Shown here: positions 37,136 through 40,830 of the stretch, one piece after another | Numbering within the stretch: the stretch's first letter is position 1 | Layout: every line of letters starts with the position of its first letter | NCBI GenBank assembly: GCA_964609495.1 | Contig: CAZSTA010000007.1 | Location: 1 to 40,830, forward strand | Source of the DNA: an uncultured bacterium | GTDB taxonomy: Bacteria; CAZSTA01 | Direction of reading: 5' to 3' | DNA length: 40,830 nt | The notes under the pieces: generated by a model | What the model saw: the letters and a program-made list of their open reading frames with translations, nothing else | Database searches by the model: none | Told to the model about the DNA's origin: nothing | Translations under genes and position numbers: made by a program

Positions 37136-38266
37136 TTAAGAGACCTTGATGCTCAGCCCTTCTTTATCAATTTCACACCTAAAAACTTTCGCCTTGTTCA
37201 GTTCATTTTCCCTTATTACAGACTCGAAGATATCGATCATCCTATCCTCTTCCCCGGGTCTTACTAAAGCGAATATTGAGCCTCCTCCCCCTGCCCCGGT
37301 AAGTTTCGCCCCCAAAGCTCCGTTCCCCAAGGCCGCATCTATGAAGAGGTTGTTGATACTTCCCGCTCCCTGCTTATACCCACAATATCTCATCATCTTA
37401 TCCACTAAGGTATGATTTTCATTCATCAGAGACCCGAAGGTCTCCCAATCCTCCTCCAGAAGGGCGATCTTCCCTCGCCAAGCCGTATCTCCCACGGCTC
37501 TCATAGTCTCGACCATAAAGGGAGAGTCGGCTGATCCCCCTCGATAGCTCTTATATTCATCAAGATAACACCGCCTCATTATGGAGTGAACATCCCCAGA
37601 ATCCCGAATTACTCCGGTGTAAACGATCGCCAGGGGTATATAATCCACAAAACTATCTAACCTCTCGTAGGTTACATAAGGCTCCTCTTTTAGGGGCTTA
37701 TGATATAACTTCCCTCGATAATCCAAATAGGCTAACCCTCCAAAGACCGGGACATATCTATCAGCAAAACCACAAGTTATGCCTAACTCTAAAGATTCTG
37801 TTCTCTGAGTGAGTTCTGAAATAACATAATTATTATGCTTTCTTCTATCTAGATCGTAAAATTCCCGGAGTCCACCTAAAGCCGATATGATAAGCACTGA
37901 TGATCCTCCCAGACCGCTGTTTCTGGGAATATCGGTCCAAGTCGATATCCTCACCTTCCTCTCGGAGAACTTTCGGTTAAATTCCTCGCTATATAAACTT
38001 AAGCGATTAATAGCACCCTTGATCAAGTCAAAACGCCCATCATACTCGAGGGGAAGATCGGCATCGCTCTCCAATTCATCTCTGGCGATAAATTCTCCCT
38101 CCTCATTTCTGGTAAGTTCAACAAAGGTTAGCTTTTTCGCCTCCTCTAGGAAAGCTCCTCCCCTGATATTTATCGCGGCTGAAATAGTAGAGTGTTCACC
38201 CTCCAGAGCATCCGAAGGATTGCCCAGAATATTAACTCTAGCAGGAACAGTTATATCATAGCGCAC
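37136..38266 (-). CDS. GHMP-family sugar kinase, glucuronokinase-like
   Basis: PRNSGLGGSS and KLTGAGGGG GHMP motifs; ARVNILGNPSD and DSGDVHS recall plant glucuronokinase. Confidence 0.8.
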   Translation of the reverse strand: MRYDITVPARVNILGNPSDALEGEHSTISAAINIRGGAFLEEAKKLTFVELTRNEEGEFIARDELESDADLPLEYDGRFDLIKGAINRLSLYSEEFNRKFSERKVRISTWTDIPRNSGLGGSSVLIISALGGLREFYDLDRRKHNNYVISELTQRTESLELGITCGFADRYVPVFGGLAYLDYRGKLYHKPLKEEPYVTYERLDSFVDYIPLAIVYTGVIRDSGDVHSIMRRCYLDEYKSYRGGSADSPFMVETMRAVGDTAWRGKIALLEEDWETFGSLMNENHTLVDKMMRYCGYKQGAGSINNLFIDAALGNGALGAKLTGAGGGGSIFALVRPGEEDRMIDIFESVIRENELNKAKVFRCEIDKEGLSIKVS

Positions 38267-38313
38267 ATATTACCTCCTAATAATCCATTAGAAGTCCAGA
38301 TAAACCAAGATAT

Positions 38314-38342
38314 ATTATACCCCACCAATTCATTTCTGTCAA
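38314..38342 (-). promoter_or_regulatory. Consensus sigma70 promoter of the kinase operon
   Basis: Perfect TTGACA-17 bp-TATAAT. Confidence 0.82.
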
Positions 38343-38410
38343 CATTTAAGATACCTTTTAGCAATTAAGGTCCCCGATTTGACGAGATATTAGAAAAACA
38401 AATCCGATAC

Positions 38411-38439
38411 TTTACAATCGATCTTAGATATGTTATAAT
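38411..38439 (+). promoter_or_regulatory. Promoter of the DUF624-like gene
   Basis: TTTACA-17 bp-TATAAT with TG extension. Confidence 0.72.
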
Positions 38440-38469
38440 AATATAGCATTCTAATGAAAAGGTAACGAG

Positions 38470-39228
38470 GTGATCCCTATAATCGGTGAAGTTATTAAGA
38501 AGTCTTTCGTCAACGCCTATGATAATCTAGGCATGGTTCTAGTCGGGAGCGCTATTTGGTTTGCCCTCTCAATTCTTCCCGCAGCGCTCGTTCTATACCT
38601 AGTTAACTTCTTCATAGCCAATCTCTCAGTTATGACGATTCTATTAGCAGTTATCCTAGGGCTGGGGGCGCTCATATTGATCGGGCCAGCTACAGCAGGA
38701 GTAGTCTATCTCTTTAAGATCATAATCGTGGATGAGGATAACGCGGAAGTAAGAGACTACTTAGTCGGCTTCAAGCAGTTCTTTAAGCAGAGCGCAGGGG
38801 TGTTTCTTCTCGATATTCTCATAGGAGCTGTTTTAGTGGCTGATATAGTCTTAGCCTTCAGAGCAGGAACAGAAGCCAGCAAAATCTTTCTGGTTATGGC
38901 TGTTATCATCTTCTATATGATCCTCTTCTGGGCGATGATGCAGCTTTACCTATTCCCCCTCTTAGTAACCCAGAATATCGGAACAATAGAGATATTTAAG
39001 AAGTCAGCTCTATTAGTTGTTGATAATCCTGGCTTCACAATCGTTCTTGGATTGGTGCTTCTCGTCCTTATAGCGATATTTGTGGTAACTACTGTGGGAG
39101 TGCTTATCCTCTTAGCGGGAACTGTGGCAGTTTTTGAGTGCAATGCTTTGAAAGCTCTGATCGCTAGATATGACGAGCTATCAAAACTTAGGAAGACGGA
39201 AGAGGACGAAGAAGAAAACTCCCGATGA
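38470..39228 (+). CDS. DUF624/YesL-like membrane protein
   Basis: GPATAG, GFKQFFKQS, YLFPLLV, FKKSALLV.DNPG; about 6 TM. Confidence 0.7.
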   Translation: MIPIIGEVIKKSFVNAYDNLGMVLVGSAIWFALSILPAALVLYLVNFFIANLSVMTILLAVILGLGALILIGPATAGVVYLFKIIIVDEDNAEVRDYLVGFKQFFKQSAGVFLLDILIGAVLVADIVLAFRAGTEASKIFLVMAVIIFYMILFWAMMQLYLFPLLVTQNIGTIEIFKKSALLVVDNPGFTIVLGLVLLVLIAIFVVTTVGVLILLAGTVAVFECNALKALIARYDELSKLRKTEEDEEENSR

Positions 39229-39236
39229 GAAGATAA

Positions 39237-40568
39237 TCATCCCCTCTTTCTCTTAGCCATAACTTGAGCTTTCCCGATCTTTATATATTGAACTAAAGGT
39301 CGCTTAGCAGGGCATACGTAAGAGCAGATTCCACATTCTTTACAATCCATAAGGCTATATTCCTTCTCAGCCGTATCGATCTCCTCGTTCTCTATAAGCT
39401 CTCCGAGGATACAAGGCATTAGATACATCGGGCAGGCATCTATACAACGAGCGCATCTGATGCAAGGTCTGACCTCGAAGGTCTTAGCCTCCTCTTTGGA
39501 TAGCACCAATATTCCCGAAGTTCCCTTTATCACTGGAACATCGATAGTATATTGGGTTAGCCCCATCATTGGCCCTCCCATAATAACTTTACCTACCTGT
39601 CCGTTCACCCCTCCACACTGATCGATAACCTCTGAGAAGAGGGTCCCAATCTTGACCAACATATTTTGGGGATTCTTAACTCCTGACCCAGTTACAGTTA
39701 GCACCCTTTCGATCAAGGGCTTTCCACTTTGAACCGCCTCGGCGATAGCCACCGTCGTCCCCACATTTTGCACTACTATCCCGATATGCAGAGGTAATCC
39801 CCCCGATGGTATCTCCTTACCTAAGATAGCTTTTATCAGTTGGTGTTCTGCCCCTTCTGGATACTTGACTTTAAGAGGCACTACCTCCAATCTGGGCTCA
39901 CTAGCTAGGGCTTTTTCCATAGTCTCTATAGCATCGGGTTTATTCACCTCGATGCCTATATAACCTCTATCTGCAGACAGAATCTTCATCAGGACCCTCA
40001 TACCAAAGACTAACTTATCCGTCATCTCCAGCATAGTTCGATGATCGGCGGTTAAATAAGGCTCGCACTCCACCCCGTTGACAATAAGAGTATCTATCCT
40101 TCCCTCTTTCGGAGGTGATAGCTTAACATGAGTAGGGAAGGTCGCACCTCCCATCCCAACTATTCCCGCTTGTTGAACTATATTTAATATATCCTTAGGC
40201 GATAATTCTTCCAATCCTGCGGGTTTTTTTATCTCTTCCGACCACTCTTCTCGTCCATCTGACTCTATGATCACTGAGAGAACGTCCTTTCCCAAGGGAT
40301 GAGGACGTGCTTCGACCCCGACAACCTTACCAGATACGCTCGAGTGCACAGGAGAGGAGACAAAGCCCTGAGGTTCCCCTATCCTCTGACCGACTTTAAC
40401 CGCATCTCCCCTCTTCACCAAAGGCTTGCATGGCGCTCCAATATGCTGTTGAAGAGGGATCACCACAGTTTGAGGTTCTGCGGCTTTCACTATACTCTTC
40501 TTCTCAGTAAAATGTTTAGCTTCTGGAGGATGCACCCCTCCAGGGAAGGTCTTAAGCTTCATCCGCAT
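39237..40568 (-). CDS. rnfC: Rnf/Rsx electron transport complex subunit C
   Basis: GGVHP, PLQQHIGAP, GMGGATFPTHVK, ECEPYLTAD, GGPMMG, two 4Fe-4S motifs. Start ATG 40568 or 40562. Confidence 0.93.
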   Translation of the reverse strand: MRMKLKTFPGGVHPPEAKHFTEKKSIVKAAEPQTVVIPLQQHIGAPCKPLVKRGDAVKVGQRIGEPQGFVSSPVHSSVSGKVVGVEARPHPLGKDVLSVIIESDGREEWSEEIKKPAGLEELSPKDILNIVQQAGIVGMGGATFPTHVKLSPPKEGRIDTLIVNGVECEPYLTADHRTMLEMTDKLVFGMRVLMKILSADRGYIGIEVNKPDAIETMEKALASEPRLEVVPLKVKYPEGAEHQLIKAILGKEIPSGGLPLHIGIVVQNVGTTVAIAEAVQSGKPLIERVLTVTGSGVKNPQNMLVKIGTLFSEVIDQCGGVNGQVGKVIMGGPMMGLTQYTIDVPVIKGTSGILVLSKEEAKTFEVRPCIRCARCIDACPMYLMPCILGELIENEEIDTAEKEYSLMDCKECGICSYVCPAKRPLVQYIKIGKAQVMAKRKRG

Positions 40569-40691
40569 CCATCGCCCCTTTTCTATTTTTGAAGATTTTC
40601 CTACTTCATTCGCATCCATTATTTCAAGCGAGCTTTCAAACCTGTTCATCTCGAACTGATTTTCTCTCGTAAAGCTGAATGATCCTTTTCT

Positions 40692-40720
40692 ATTATATCA
40701 GATCTTCCGAATTTTCTCAA
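40692..40720 (-). promoter_or_regulatory. Promoter of rnfC
   Basis: TTGAGA-17 bp-TATAAT with TG extension. Confidence 0.7.
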
Positions 40721-40783
40721 TAAAAAGGTGACCAACCAAGTATATAAAGTTGGGAGTAGATCGAGTAGTTCTAATATGTTCCC

Positions 40784-40830
40784 TAAAAGGTAACTTTTTT
40801 GCTTCAAATAGAACTCATGGTTAAAAAAGT
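40784..40830. mobile_element. MITE-like element, copy C (shorter variant, cut by the window end)
   Basis: TAAAAGGTAACTTTTTTGCTTCAAATAGAACTCA..GGTTAAAAAAGT matches both ends of copies A/B with the middle missing. Confidence 0.6.

Noticed and set aside
37136-38266. Assignment as HddA heptose-7-phosphate kinase or GalK
   Set aside because: First motif is GNPSD, not GGGTD or GEHTD; left as glucuronokinase-like pending phylogeny.
2586-40592. Other short nested or antisense ORFs in the track (e.g. 2586-2954, 7646-7936, 13668-13985, 26920-27372, 37887-38261, 40299-40592)
   Set aside because: They overlap well-supported genes and lack RBS or recognisable motifs.
1-40830. tRNA, rRNA, CRISPR arrays, riboswitches
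   Set aside because: None recognised by eye; intergenic gaps are short or explained by other elements. An Rfam/tRNAscan run would be needed to exclude them fully.

Overview
Bacterial chromosomal window from a probable anaerobe (taxon cannot be fixed from sequence alone). Core content: a group 3b [NiFe]-hydrogenase operon (hydBGDA plus maturation protease) with a Rex/CRP-like box; a full but interrupted hypABFC-D-E set; two surface-glycosylation clusters, each pairing a GT-C membrane transferase and a GT2 with a B12-binding radical SAM enzyme; Fur, rlmB and a stand-alone rnfC; and a secreted caspase-like/PEGA protein missed by the ORF track. Less obvious structure: (i) integron-type gene cassettes (attC sites and matching GTTRRRY cores, no integrase in view) between hypD and hypE, plus a promoter-bearing solo cassette in the glycan locus; (ii) nested direct duplications recording successive insertions; (iii) an 87-bp MITE-like element (two full copies, one shorter copy cut by the window end); (iv) REP-like palindromes, two of them apparently in frame inside the GT-C genes; (v) a GHMP kinase with plant glucuronokinase motifs next to a nucleotidyltransferase, suggesting a bacterial uronic-acid salvage route. 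All assignments come from reading motifs by eye; no searches were run.
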